DNA of 64,000 nucleotides from Tubiluchus corallicola (GCA_030141605.1 JAQGDQ010000314.1:62001-126000), one strand, 5' to 3'. Positions 37,391 to 51,639 are shown, counted from the stretch's first letter. The notes: generated by a model not told the origin, from the letters alone. Program-made: numbers and translations.

Positions 37391-40300
37391 TTTGTCTCAC
37401 CTTTCCATTTTCTCTCTCCTCTCTTTTTCTCACACGTTCCCACTCTTTCTGTCTCTCTCCGCGTTTTTCATTTGATAAATAATTTAATGCGTACGTGTGC
37501 GTTTGCTGAACTGCATGTGCTACGAGATGTTGTGAGGATTTATCCTATCATTGCCAGAAGTGAGCTTTCTGTGAATCATCATTATAAATCTGATGAGCGT
37601 TTGTAAACAGCATGTGTAACACATGTGAAGCTAGAATCTGTGTGGCAAGATCGTAACGTGACTTTTCAGAGTGATGTAGGATTTTTAATCTGAAGTTGAA
37701 TTAATACCTGCAAAACGTTTTTACCCCCATTTAAGCTGGATTTAAGCTTCAGAATTATAAACACTATTTTGAAACAACTTCATACGTCGCTGCAAGAGGT
37801 CAGAATTTGTCAATACATGTGTACAAACAATGTTGTTCAAAATTTAGATTATGCAAAGTAGGAATTGATAATTACTGTGATTTTCTTTCAAATTGGGGGC
37901 AATTCGTTTTGGTTCTTGAGAATTTCTTGTCTATAGTGATAGTTGTTTCGTATTTGGAAATATATTAATCTGAAAATAATTCACGTCTACGACCCATTTA
38001 AACGCCTACCAACTTTTATGATGGTTTGGAAGTGAAATTTTTGTAGTGTACTAGTTTAGAGCTAGGCTGAAACACGTGCTATGTACAAGTCATTCATCTG
38101 TTGTCTGCAAGTGTGTACAGTGCACTCCCCCTCCCTAGAGTTATATTAAATTTACGCTAGGCATGTGGCACGCGCTATTGTGGACAGCGGATTTAGATAA
38201 ACTAACATCTGCCGTGTCTGCTTGGTCGAAGGGCTATATTGTGTGACCGTCCCACTAGTATGGTGTGTTAGTGTAGTGACTGAAGTGGACTGCTGTAATA
38301 AATAAGAGTTCTAGGGTTTGTACGTTACATTTTAACTTCTGACAGCGTAATTCTTTAAGTTCTTGAGTTCAATAACTTGAGTGGTTAATAACTTGTTCGA
38401 TTGACTATCAGTGTTAGTCATTGTTCTCAGTGTTAGTCAATGTTCTTAGTCTCAGTGTACGATTGCCTATCAACTTGTGGCTGCACTGCGAGTGATGTAA
38501 AACAGCAGCAGACGTTTTCAGGGGTTTTCCTCAAATTGACTTTGAGAGATGATGCATAAATGGCTATTTACTGGCTTTCAACAAAAAATAGCAGTTCCAA
38601 AAAGAAGCGGTTATGGTTATGATAAAAGGTGTCAATGTGATGATGGATTCTAAAATGGAAGTTGGGAAATCTGATTCAACATAAATATTTCCACGTGTAT
38701 GTGATGTAATGTCATTTGATTTAAATACATATATTACACTCAGAGACATATTGTGCTGAGTTAAAAACAGTAAAATTGAAACGCGGCAGTTTGTTTCGGT
38801 AGTTTTATGTCTTTTTCATCCACATAAACTTGTTTATCCGCATAAATCAATATGACTTTGTGAGGTTCTTGGAAAACTGGAGACGTCGTAAAATAGATGT
38901 GTGGTCCAGAGTGTGTATTATTAGATTTGCTTGCAAGCAGCGTATAGGGTAAAGTGAAAGTCTGAAAATGTGATTGTCTGGTTTACGAATGTGTGTGGCC
39001 CTTAACTGTAGCGGCGCTGATGATGTTGATGGTGACGGTGGTTCTGTTAGTGGTGGTTGCATTATGTGATAGTGACAGTAGTGGTACTGGTAATGATGAT
39101 GGTGGTAGTGGTGGTGGTTATGGCGGCGATGGCAGCAGCAGTGGTGGTGGAAACTTATTTGGTTGTGCTTATTTGTCATTATTATTATTGTTAGAGCTAA
39201 AATTATCATACAGCTCCACGAATATTTCGTATTGGTGTGATACTGATCACGACATTAATTGCATTTTTAATTTGGCCTTTTCATAAAAACGTTGCAACGG
39301 GCTGATTTTACCTTCCTTTGTTTCGTTTATGTTCTAATTGTTAATAATGGTCTTATTTAATGGTTTGTGTTGTGTTTAATGTTACCCTGCAACGCATGGT
39401 ATTAATTTTATAAAACTTACCGAGTACCACATTAACTTGTGTTTTTATGTGGTGCAATTAATAATTAATATGCATACAAATGTAATGTAAAGGTTAAATA
39501 TGAGCTTGCAATAGTTTTTGTAAATGGTCGATTTTTTTGAAAAATGCGTCATTTTATCTATCTAGGTTTTTGATAGTGCCCTGAATAGCTATCGAGTGGC
39601 GTTGCACATGCTTCACCATCCTAAACTGATCTGGCAATTTTATAGCTGCATTCTACTTATTCTCACCAATAAAGTGAAAATTTTCACTAATAAACCTGGA
39701 CCGTTGTCATATAAGGACAGATCTAATCTCACCTGTCTGCCCATCCTTTGTTCTTCCTGTGCGGCGACCGGACACAGAGGCGCAGGTATTAATAGGTAAT
39801 GTCTTACCTGAGGGTGTGCCGTTAATTGCTAGTTGGGGAGAGCGTTGAGGAAGTGTCAGACACTTGCTAACAGGAGTCTATACTCGTAACTCATGGTATA
39901 TTCACTCAGCGCAAAAGATGAACTTTACTGTTTGAAAACTTTGAACTCGATTTTGAGCGTTTCTTTTCTAACGTTTCACAAACGTTTACTGTCTAAACGC
40001 GTCTGGATCATCAACAGTAATCGCACGTTTCTAAACAGCCACAGTGTGTGTAAAATCAACTTGCATAAATGTTTAGAGAATTCGTGAAAGGCTAAATGCA
40101 CGCAGTGAGTGAATGAAGAGACCCATTAACTTTTTCTCGGTTTTTGTATCGATGAGTTCGTAGCCGGAACCACTGAAAATTTGTGATTAGATTGATTAGA
40201 GAACGGTGACGTTCCAAAGTTCTCTAAATTCAGTAGCAAAACTTGTACATAAAGCTAGAGATCATTTGTATAATATGAAAGGGCTCTTCTGAGGACGTGT

Positions 40301-40625
40301 TTTTGCAGTTTTGTGTTTCAGAATTTGTGCAAGAGTCTCGTGGCTGGAAGATTTTCACGATTGAAAATTCCGGTTAAACAGTATGAAAACTTTGTGTGGG
40401 GAAAAGTCATGTTAGCCATTACTGTTTAAATTTGTAAGCAAATCGAAACTGGATAATTGAATATTCCGGATATTCGAATTCCGGATGATGGATACTATCT
40501 GAATAAAAGCAGTTAATCAACACATGTGCACTTCTGAGTTCGTGACGTCGTGCACGGGTGTCTCACGGATTAACAGAGACGAATTGGATATAAAATATAA
40601 AATAGCTTATAACTTTAACAACAAG

Positions 40626-40697
40626 ATGACGTTGCTGGGCGACCGTGCTGATCTGCCTCCCAATACGAAGCGTCTCTCTATCTCATCTTTATTGCAG
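40626..40697 (+). CDS. Candidate alternative first coding segment MTLLGDRADLPPNTKRLSISSLLQ (an in-frame upstream ATG lies at 40524)
   Basis: AAGATGA start context and CAG|GTAAAT donor in phase 0. The same site could instead be an acceptor or recursive splice site. Confidence 0.35.
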
Positions 40698-42299
40698 GTA
40701 AATAGACATAGTTATTAGATATTCATAGATGTATTGCTATTTCTGACTTACTAGTTATGAAATACGTTGCAAAGTTTGGGGTTTTAGAACAGTGTTTAGT
40801 TAGCAATGAATGCTACATTGTTAAGTGATTTATGATTGGCTACTGGCATTGCTTAGTTTCCTTTGGATACCCGATACGTTTGCAGTATTGTCTTACGGTC
40901 TTTGGTTTACTCTGACTTTTCTGACAGTGTTGGTTCATTTCACTTGTCTATATGAGTTATTGCAGTAGTATTGTCTGATGCTGGAATTGTTACCTGTGTG
41001 TTAAAGTGCAAGTGAAAGCGTGTTTTTTTACACGTTGTGGACATCATGTCTTTCACGTTTCTTGTTGCGGAGTGGTGAGTGTGGAAGTCACTGCCAACAC
41101 TCGCTGTAATACGTTCTAGTATTCTTGCAGCTGAACGAAAGGTGCTGATGTACAAATTGCAACTGCGTGTACAAAATACACTTATTTTGTTGGATAATAA
41201 CATTATTACCGTAATAAAATGTTGGAGATGTCAAAGTCCGTTATTTTCATGATTTACAGCAATTTGGAGAAAATTTACGTGGGCTGGAGTTAACCTTTAT
41301 TTTTTATCTTTGCGAGTTTATCAACATCGCATGGCTGTGCACAACGCTGCCGCAGTTTGCACAGCTTTTTTACTGTCCCGATAGATTCCTGAATTTCCTA
41401 AACGATAATGAATAATTTAAGCTGGCTTCCTTGCAGTTTTATTCCTCCCCGGGGAGGTATTTCCTAGTCTCTGGCTTCCAGATTGGACAAATGATAAAAT
41501 AGTTGCGTGGGTGAAGCCACCAGTGGGGGGGGGGGGCTTCGTTCGTTCACTTTACGGAGAAATTATCTTAATTTAACATCTCATGTTTGTTTTTTAATCA
41601 AATTTGGAAAAGTCGTGTGGCGCCATTTGTTGAAGATTGGTATTTTTTATTGAAAACATTTTTTTCATCATAGGCTCTACAGCGTACATGTCTTTTCTTA
41701 GGGTAAGATTGGATACGCTTTCTCGTGCTTGATCAGTTGAACACGTGGCCCAGCTTTTCCCAGCGGAATACTGTAGCGCTCTGGATTGTTTCTAGGATAA
41801 AATGCATCTGTAGTCTGTATGACAGAAGTTGGTGTTTACCACCTCCCTAGCTGTATACATACATACATACGTATACGTATACATGCATATGTATGTATAT
41901 ATGATTCGAGGCTAATATAATGAGTACTGCTAGCTTTCTACTACTACTAGAGGCGTATTTGACATTTAAAAATCCAACACTTAAAGAGACCGTTTTGATA
42001 AGGGAAACACAGCAGAAAATTTCATATTTTTATAATTTATTTCACTTGGACTGGTCAAACCCCCTACCGCATTTTACAGTTAACTGCAAAGTTCTGCTTG
42101 TTGTTGTGTCTGTTGACTAATTAATTCGATGTTTGCCTCTATCCTGCGAATAAGATGTCTAATAAGGTCAAGAATAAATTGGAGTTAAGAGTGAAAGGCA
42201 TAAGTATTTATTTTAGTTTTCCCTTGTCTGCCCATCCCTCAGATCGCATATGATGTGTTATAAATCTTTCAAGGTCAAAGCCACATGCTATTAATAAGG

Positions 42300-44600
42300 A
42301 TTCTCTCCCTTAAACAGAACTTAAACTTGTCAATATTATATTTTTCTGATGTCTTGTTGCCGGAGTCAAGCTTCATTTTGCTGTTAAAAGTGAAGGTCAT
42401 TAGGCATTGTACAAAAGTCGAGCTTTATCAATGTGGTAGGTCAGGATGAACAGACATTGTTAACTGATCAAGTTAAAGTCAGGTTTTCTGCATGCTTTAG
42501 TCTTGATTAGAATTCTTGTTAGTAAAAACTGCATTTCTGGCCAGTAGTTAATCTCACGATCTGATCTCACCTCTCCGGATGTGGTACCTTGTACACCTGG
42601 GGGCACATTCCTTTGTCGGCTTATCCTTGCGCGAGATAAATTACATTTAGCCTGATACGGTGCTGTCCCGCTGTTTGAAAATTGAGAGCGAAAGTCCGAT
42701 ACGCATTAAATCCCTGGGAAATAATTAAATTATAACAAACGACTATTGACCCATATTGATTTCTAAACGTACTTGGATTATGCAGATTATATAGAGATTG
42801 GAACGATTCGTTTTCCAGCTGGTCAGTGTTCAATACTGAAATCTGGTCTAGTCGACCAGGTGTTTCAGACCTGCATTCTGTCTCCCAGAAGTTGATCGTT
42901 TTTGTTGGGCAGGTCGAACGCTACTTTCTTGTCATCAGAAGCTAGGAACAATACATACAGGATGCCAGCAGCTGGGGATGTCATATTTAATAACTCATCA
43001 ATAATAAAGTTAACATCCAATCTTGTCAAATCACTATTCAAGTGATCATCATTTTTCCAATAAATGGACTCTCCGCTTTGCGCGGAAATGCGCATTGCAT
43101 TCTGAAAAGAGAGCCGTGATCAATCTTTTGCACACCCGCACAACTTCAACTTTTTTATCAACTGCAACTACTGAATTAGATTCACACATTTTACTTAAGG
43201 TGCAAAGTGCACACAGAAAATGCAAATTTGACAATACAGTACCCCTAGTGAGTACCAGTACAGTAGTGTGCTTTATCGTTGCAATACTGCAATAAGCGTG
43301 ATAGAAGAATTTTTAAAATGTCATTCAACTTTGGATTTTTGAATTGGTTGTGTAAACATGCTCATACTTTCTCCTTTAGTTTACAATGTACACGCAAAGA
43401 AGTGTCTACTCTGAGTTTTCTTTTATGAAGAAATATTGGCACATTGTGAGAGTAAATTAGTCAAAATTACTACCTTCCAGCAATGTTCTGCTTTTGAAGG
43501 CTGTTAGATTCTCTTCTGTATTAGCAGCAATAAAAATCCCTTTCTTTAGCGTTGCTGTTCATTGCAAAACAATTAGTTCATTTTGTCATTAGCGAAATCG
43601 GATGTCATTTTCTTTCGCTTGCCTCTGCTGAGAAATTATTTCAAGCTGCGCTAATTGTTTTTAGAACGAGAATGAAAATAGTAAACTTCGGGGGGAAAAG
43701 AGGAGAGTGGAATCACTGGAATGATGATTGTGTTTTTTGTCTCTGTTCTAGTTGTTGTTTTAGTTTTTATGCTTGTTTTTTGATATATTTAAGCAAATTA
43801 AATGGACGCCAAGCCCTGCAAACCAAAATCCAAACTTCAGTTTCATTTTTTAACCCTTAACGGCTAGGTACACTACACGTGTAAAACTGAATTCGCCCTC
43901 TAGCAATAAATACATGTAGCTAACTTTCCGTGATTTTTCTCCAGAAATGGTACAAAAACCTTTTGCCTGGAGCGGTTGAGCACTAGTTAAGATCTAGTGC
44001 ATTTTCTACTATAATTTTCTGCAATTTTCTCTAGTTAATTGCGAGGAATGCGTGGAAATCACTCTACACAACATACAGGCTCTGCAGACATTCTCCGCTG
44101 AGCCACTTACGGACACTTAATCAATTGTGACTTCCAAAGTTTTTCATTGAAGTGGTCAAATAAGGCCTTTGAATATATAATCTCTACTGAACAGTAACTG
44201 GACAGTAACTAGGGTAACCGCATCAACAATGACACTACTGTGGCTCAGCTTCTCTCAGAGACCAGGTGGACATTCCTCGGGCAAATATCTTAATAGGATG
44301 ATTTGGAAATACATTCTGTTGAGACGTTTTGTAGATTTTCCTGTGAAAGTAAAGATAAGGTTGATTGATAATAATTATGCTTGTCCAGTAATTTTAGGAA
44401 TGGCTTACTGGTTCCTTATCTCCAGAAATCTTTGTATGCAATATTTGCTTGCACTTAGCGAAACATACTTTAGCAAAGATCCTTGCGGAAGCAGCGTTAT
44501 TTTTGAAAACATTTTAGTGAGCATCCAGGTGCAAGCTCATTACGGATGTTACATTTGTTCGCTTCTACCAGTTTTACTTAAAACGTTATTCACCTTCACT
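42300..44600 (-). mobile_element. Heavily decayed DDE transposase, Sola-like
   Basis: Frameshifted minus-strand fragments in the order I recall for Sola-type transposases: CSLKCFQK...YKDFWR (~44510-44420), ANISS / HKRKLRV..VHCKLKEKV (~43440-43365), VQKIDH..RKAESP (~43135-43065). Family assignment is from memory and unverified. Confidence 0.55.
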
Positions 44601-45319
44601 TTCAAATTGTTATCAGTTTTTTGGTTTTTTTCCGTCAGATTCACATCACGGTGATTCATACATTATATAATCTGGGTTACCAAATGATTCACGTAATTAT
44701 ACAAGCACTTGTATACATTATGAACGCTTATGGTATATGCTTAATTAATGGTTATCTTTGTGTAAGTATGGTAATATATAAGGTAATCGCTGGTGTGAAT
44801 CCTGCAGATAATTACTGCAAAGTAATTATTGAAATACCTGACATACGTAATGTAGTCATATATTACGCTGATTACATAAATCACCATAGACCATAAATGT
44901 TACTGACAGCGAGAATAAGCTATTATTTCGTTCATTTTGTTTCATGATTTATTCATAGTTGCTATGATAATGGCCCATAAATTGCAAAAAGAATTAATGC
45001 CCTTGTTGGCATCCGACGGATGCATTGATTAGATAGGTCTGGATGGTAGTTTGGGAAGCCACGCACTTCTTTGCACAGTAATGACTGTTCTTTTTTTGGC
45101 AATTTTTATTTTTATCGTTTGTATCAAACTTGACATAAATGTTGCGTCGAAAATGTTTTATTCATCTGTAACTGGTGAAATTTGACAATTTAAATCATTA
45201 CACATGCATCCATTCGTATATTCGCGGATTCTTTTGCATTCTTCCATTTTCCATTCATGATTTTTTCCACCAATAAAAAGTGCTGCACAAATGTTAAAAG
45301 CAATTGCCGGATTAAGATA

Positions 45320-45392
45320 AGGCGTGGAATCGAACCCGTAACTTCACATTTGCTAAATACATCGGTGCTGTACCGCTTGCGCGCAGTTGTAA
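45320..45392 (-). mobile_element. tRNA-like segment (SINE head or tRNA pseudogene) within a ~0.55-kb repeat-like block (45190-45770)
   Basis: Minus strand gcgcaagcggta (A-box-like) ... gggttcgattcc (B-box); there is no intact cloverleaf. Confidence 0.5.
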
Positions 45393-46679
45393 ACACACGA
45401 TACAGTTTTAAAAACTTTTATGTTGTTGTTTATATGCACATCCTGTGGCACGTGGATTACCGTTACGGGGTCCCTCTGTTTACGAAACCACGTTCGCTGA
45501 ACCGGGATAATTCCCTGTGTGGGTAAACCCGATCTTTTTCTCGGCTTCTTTTCGGCTTCACCGCAAACTGTTTTAGTGGAGAAAATAATATTTTGTTTAT
45601 TCAACACACAGGCACGTGTACAATGTACACAGCGTTCTGACTCTCGCCATCTGTTGGCGTTCTTAGTTACGACTTTATAATCTTATATTTTATTTCCGAG
45701 AACCGCCATCTGTTGGTGTTTTTGAGAAACTCGAGAGAAAGTTTTGCTGTGTTAGTTCATCGTATATGAGATCGTAAGCTTCAAGCCTATTTCTGAGAAC
45801 AAGTAGACATCCACAGTATTTAACATCTTACATGGAATACTTCTTTTAGAAAATCACTTGCTGAAATTTTTTTAATAGTGAATACTGGTTCAGAGTTGTT
45901 TCTCACATAAATTGATCAGATTAGATCAGGTTGATCAGATTAGGATTTTGTTTGTTTGGTGCCATATATTTATAACATAATACGATATACAGTGCGCAAT
46001 TTAATACAGCTGTTATGAGACGGGTTGGCGCAAGACCATGTATGATCACTTGCAGCCACCACACTACTATTGTTTGCTATATGACATTTTTTCTTTGTTT
46101 GCTGCGACTTTAAGACAAAGACGGCGGTAAATAAATCTTGTCTGTGTCTTTCTTTTCTTTGTCCCCAAGTTTGAGCCATTTTGTTCCTGCAAAATATGGG
46201 GAACACATGTCAACCTACTTGCTGTTCTGTTTTTATTCTTCTCCAGTGTGTTTTGCAAAATAAGTATTTTTTGGTCCAAGAAACTAAATTTCTTATTGCA
46301 ACACCCCTTTATCTGATCTAACTAAAACGCGAGTGTATAAAAATCTTATGACTACATCGTGTGGGCGTTTGTGTATAATGCTGTCATAAAACCATAAATA
46401 CACGGCTGAAAATAGTTATAGTTATGAATCATAGGAAAATATATAGCAGAACCCTGCACTTAAAGCGTCCGCATTGCTTGATCAGCGGTGTAAACATTGT
46501 TGTAACATGAATGCTGAGCGTTTGTGTGCTTTAAGCTATTCATATTTTATACGTGCTTTGAATAGACTATGGCGTACCTAAAGGTTATTACAGTTTTTTT
46601 TTTATAAAGTTCTGTAGTTGACATGGTGCTGACTGTAGGATATGGACAAAGCCAAAAAGGGCTTGGATTTTTGGGGCTT

Positions 46680-47150
46680 AAATCTTTCGGTGATAAAGTC
46701 ACAGAAAAAGTCACAATTTTGGTTAGAAAACTCTCAGGAAAACAGTCACAATTTTGGCTAGGAAAGAAAGTCAGGGAACCCAAAATATTCAAGTCGCACA
46801 CAATTTATTTACCAACAATAAACAATTAAACTAATAAAACAGGAAATAAAACAGTAATAAAACCAAAACAGTCACAATTTTGGCTAGGAAAGAAAGTCAG
46901 GGAACCCAAAATATTCAAGTCGCACACAATTTATTTAACCAACAATAAACAATTAAAGTAATAAAACAGGAAATATCTTATATCAGTTATAAACTGGCAA
47001 TACATGACTTTTATATACTAACAACTCTATTGATATATGATGGCACACGTGTGTGAAAAAATCACGTTTTATTCAATATCTTGGGGTTAGGTTTAGGGCT
47101 AAGGTATTTTTTTTGTGACTTTTTTATCCATGACTTTATTACCTGCATTC
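46680..47150. mobile_element. MITE with AAAGTCAC subterminal arrays, an internal ~125-bp tandem duplication and a GGTTAGG telomere-like patch
   Basis: Left ggtgataaagtcacagaaaaagtcacaa versus right ttgtgacttttttatccatgactttattacc. The duplicated unit is at 46740-46848 and 46866-46974. A related right end lies at 48915-48978. Confidence 0.7.
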
Positions 47151-49409
47151 GATCTTTCTTATAGTGCCTCATGGTTGTTTTTGTTACTGTTGTGCTTTAA
47201 GGAGTTGTAATTAGTTCCCGAAGTTCATAAGCGGATGTCTAATGTCTTTAGTAATACTTGTGATGAATTTACAACATAATTCGTGTGTGTACAGTATACG
47301 CCTTTATAGTTTTATTATATTAATGCCAGTGCACGTAATTGATATAATCTATTTATGAATAGCTTTAACAATTTAAATTTTCTTTTTTTCATGTGCTGTT
47401 GCTGTTGATTGGATATTCATGTATAGGTAAGTTGAATTTTTTAAATCTAGCTTTTATTTTCTTTTAACGCAGTTTGTTTTCGATTATTTGTTCAGATCAG
47501 ATACTGGTTTAGATGTGACATTTGCATCCTTGCTCACTGGTAGGAGAGCCAGTGATTAAGGTATTATGTCAACTTGTTTTGATGAGTGATTTTGTAAAGG
47601 TCAAATTTGATTCGCGGTTCCATTATAGTTGATGGTAATTGCTAATCGTTGTATTTACCCAAGGTATCATTAGTAATGATTAGTGGCTCTCTGTTTAAAT
47701 TAGCTATTCTCTTGTTTGGGTAACAACTTAGTATGGTAGCCTATATTTTTTGACAAAAGGCTGAGCTATGGAAAAAATCAGCCAGACTCAAATTCAGTGG
47801 GTTTGGTAGGGATAAGTAAGTGTTCACTTGACATTTGTGTTAGTAGTTGGTTCATTTGCTTTAGAGAAATGCTGTATAATGTAACGTTAGCGAAAAAATT
47901 TTCTTGAAAAAAAAAACCCACGGAATTGATGGGATACTGGGTTTTTTGCAGTTTCTCAAAAAATATTTTTACACTTTTTCTACAAACAAATTTGACCAAA
48001 GATTCATATAGCAGTTTGCACTGATAATTTCTGGTATTTGATGTCCAATTTCAGAAATAAATAAATTAATGACTGATGAGTGAGTGAATGAATAATGGCA
48101 TAAACTGTTTTGCCAATTTTCTTAGCAAAGTCAAGAAATATTTACAAAACGTTGTTTTATTAATGTATGTGTAAAAATGGTCTTTTATTTTTTTAGCATA
48201 AGCTTTTTTAGCTTTAAAAAGACTATAGTTCCTAATCAAGCTTTTATTTATTGTTTTAATTTGTGGTTGTTATAATTTTTAGTCGATTGAATAGTCCTTC
48301 AGTGACTAATGTTCATAGTATGTAATGAAAATCGACGTAAAATAAACGTACTTACAAACGAGTGTGCTGAATATGCCTGTAAATGAATGAAGGGGCGAGT
48401 GGATAAATGATGAATAAATAAATGAATGTTCAAAAATTAAAGAACAAGGTGATTAATAATACGTAATAAATGATAATTTAGAATTAAACCTCTCTAGTCT
48501 GGGCGTGGAACATTCATTAAACTCAGTGAGGTCAGGTCAAAAATCACACATTTCAAAAGCAGCTCTGCAGTACATAGAGTGTCTGTTGTTTAGAGTTACA
48601 GACAGACACTATTATTAACACGTCTCGTGTCGTTTAGCTTTTTAACTGATTATAGGGTTTTAAGTACGGGAAATTGTTTAGGTAGTAAATTTTGTGTGAC
48701 ATGCAGATCAAATGCCCTGTGTAGGCTGTGTCAACAGTATATATTACCAGAAGTTGTGCATTTACTGCAAAAAAGGAAGTCATTAAAAATTGTAAGAAAA
48801 CGTTTTGGAGAAATTGGTAATTGACTTTTACTGTATGCCAGGCAGTGGTATGCATAACGTGTGCGTCTCTTGGGCCTTCGTTATTAAGCATGCTTGCGAA
48901 GTTTCAAAGGCTACGGTTAGAGATTAAGGTTAGGGTAAGGGTTATTTCCTTTTACTGTGACTTTTCTTCCTGGATTCGTTTCAAAAAATAAACGAAATTC
49001 CTGACCAAAGACTTTTGCAACTGTTCCGAGAATCTGTACCTTTTAAACTCGGTAAAAGACGATCCGATTTTTGACCGACAAAGTCGAGAAAGCCCATCCC
49101 ACAGCTTGCATTTACCCGGGAATTCAAGCATTGAACAATTTAAATATGGATGTCTGACAAATTCGTATTATTTGATTATTGCGTTTGCAACATTTGCTTT
49201 GTAAAGACACTCAAATGCCACATTTTATTATAATCATCCTTCAGCCAGGGCAGTTTTATTCACATAACGTAATTTTGTTAAGCTTTGGACTGTATGTAAA
49301 CTTGTGGTTTTAATTATTTACAAAATAAACAACATAAATACATGTACGAATAAAATGCAATTGCAGTGTTAATTGAATTGTTAAATGCTGTAACCTCGCT
49401 CCCCCCCTG

Positions 49410-49454
<45 letters not shown>

Positions 49455-50558
49455 ACGGGTGACAACCCTCATACGCTGCTGTACACAAAGCTGTTTAATG
49501 CTTATTTAATATGTATGGCATAATAATGAATAGCTGTAATTTGTCTTATTTACATTATTTAATATGCGTTTTCACATTCCTAATCGTCTATAAGATGTTT
49601 TATTATTGGTTGTAATACTAAGAAGTTGGATGAAAAGTAGAGCACCTCCCGACTTTCATCCCACGAATCGATCGACAAAATTTCCCGTTCACCCGACGTC
49701 CGGCAAGGTCTGTCTGACTACGTCCAATTTTGTCTGGTCGTGAAAACGATTCACCTGGAAGACCAATTTTGTCGAATCGTGTAAACCAGGCATCAGAGAA
49801 GATATTAAATATGAAAGTCCTTTTCACCATAACAAGATTTTAACTTTGCTCAGTTCCTTGTTTGTTTACTCCGTGGCGCCATCGCGTGTCGAAAACTCGC
49901 AACAAGCAACTGTTTTTTTTCTAAGAATGTTATCACAGACGTAAGAGGTTTTACGTGTTTGTTGGTGTTTTTATTTAATCTCACCAGAAGTATAATAAAA
50001 TTGTTTTATTGACTGCATTAGTTTCTGTAACGTCTGTAAGGTATCTGCTTTCTGTATTTAATCTGTTCCTTTGTTATTCTTTCATATGTGGCTGGTTTAG
50101 TAAATCACGTCTTTGTGGATGTGCGCTTGTTAATGTTAATGGTTTGTTACATGTTCTATAAAAAATACGTTGTTTTGCTATAAAAATTATTTTTGGATAG
50201 TACAAACGTAAAGCCACGCAAGATTTTGAAACAACTGACGGTAAATGTTACTGCACAACTATGCCAGTTCTTTTGTTACTTTTTTGCCGATAGATGACAC
50301 TACCACACAGTTTCTAATTCCACGCAACAGGTTGGACTGGTTGCAGGCTGCAGGTGCATGTGCAGACCATAAACTTATGGAACAGACTGCCTGAGTGACA
50401 ATATGATTTTAAATGTGCAGCTCTTAGTTATGATGATACATATATGAGATTGAGGTTTTGTGTTTGTTTGCTAAGAATTGCCTCTTTCTAAACGTTGTAT
50501 TGGGATATAAAGTTCTACAAATAACTTACACCCAAAACCTAACCAAATCAGTTTCTTA

Positions 50559-50932
50559 GGGCCCCGAGGAATTTTCCTCGTGTGAACATGCGCTATAGAA
50601 AACAATGTGTTCCATTTTCTTGAAGAATGCCGCAAGGAATTTCTCCTCGAGGAATTTTGCCGCGCGGCCTCACTATGAAATGTGCCGAGGAAATTTGCCG
50701 CTTTGTTTAAGTACTGCATGCTCACTTTTCGTGAAGATTCCTGGCAAACATTTAAGTACTCAATTATTTCTTTCTTGTTTAACGAACAAGAATTAACATA
50801 ATTCAACATAAAATCGGAAGTTTTTAATCTCTTAACATACAGACGATGTTTTGTTTTATTAATGTAACAGCATTGCTTATACCAGTTAAAAACAAAATAA
50901 TGCATGCATATATTTATTTTATATATATATAA

Positions 50933-50993
<61 letters not shown>

Positions 50994-51639
50994 CATACAT
51001 ACATACATACATACATACATACATACATACATACATACATACATACATTTATTTATATATTTTTAGATTTTGAAAAGGTTGGTAGAACTTTACTCAAATA
51101 AACAAGTCTGACGTTATATTGACTAACATTTATTAAATAATTATACTTTGTATATGAGAAATGCGGCAACTGCAACTTAATTTAGACAGGCTATTATATA
51201 AAATTATCAGATGATTATTATGAAATATCAAATTACAAAGTTAGAGAATCAACGCCGTCTCTGAAGTTTACATGTTTTTATAATCGAGTCATACAGCAAA
51301 GATAATAACTCGTCGTAAGTGTCTGGTGTCATTTTAGTGCCCCTGTAGAATGTCTCCCGTTTTTCTCTCAACGGGCCGCACAAGGTTGCAGCAACACCAT
51401 GGTGCTGTCTTGTTTTGTTAGTTAAATGCACCCAATAACGGTAATTAATACTGGCATAATAAGTGCCCAGTAAGTGCTCAGCAAAAATATTACGTGGTCC
51501 TCGCTACAAGCCTGCGAGTCACAAAGTAGCTGGTACTAGTTGGGCACGAGATTTCTGTGTGCATGGATTTTCGAGAAAAATATGGGAAATTTTCTGATTT
51601 TCTGGCGGCAATTCCGCGTGTCCTCACTGTGAAATGGCC
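50559..51639 (-). mobile_element. Internally deleted PIF/Harbinger element with transposase N-terminal remnant
   Basis: TTA flanks both ends (TTA|GGGCC ... ATGGCC|TTA), and the minus-strand terminus is GGCCATTTCACA. The peptide YWVHLTNKTRQHHG...LREKRETFY..MTPDTYDELLSLL resembles Harbinger transposase N-termini. It contains (TTAC)n(ATAC)n at 50933-51046. Confidence 0.7.

Noticed and set aside
38990-39195. His-rich and Gly-rich ORFs 38847..39209 and 38993..39286
   Set aside because: They come from a degenerate (GGT/GAT)n low-complexity tract and have no splice or domain support.
45320-45392. Functional tRNA gene
   Set aside because: A/B-box-like motifs are present, but the acceptor and anticodon stems do not pair.
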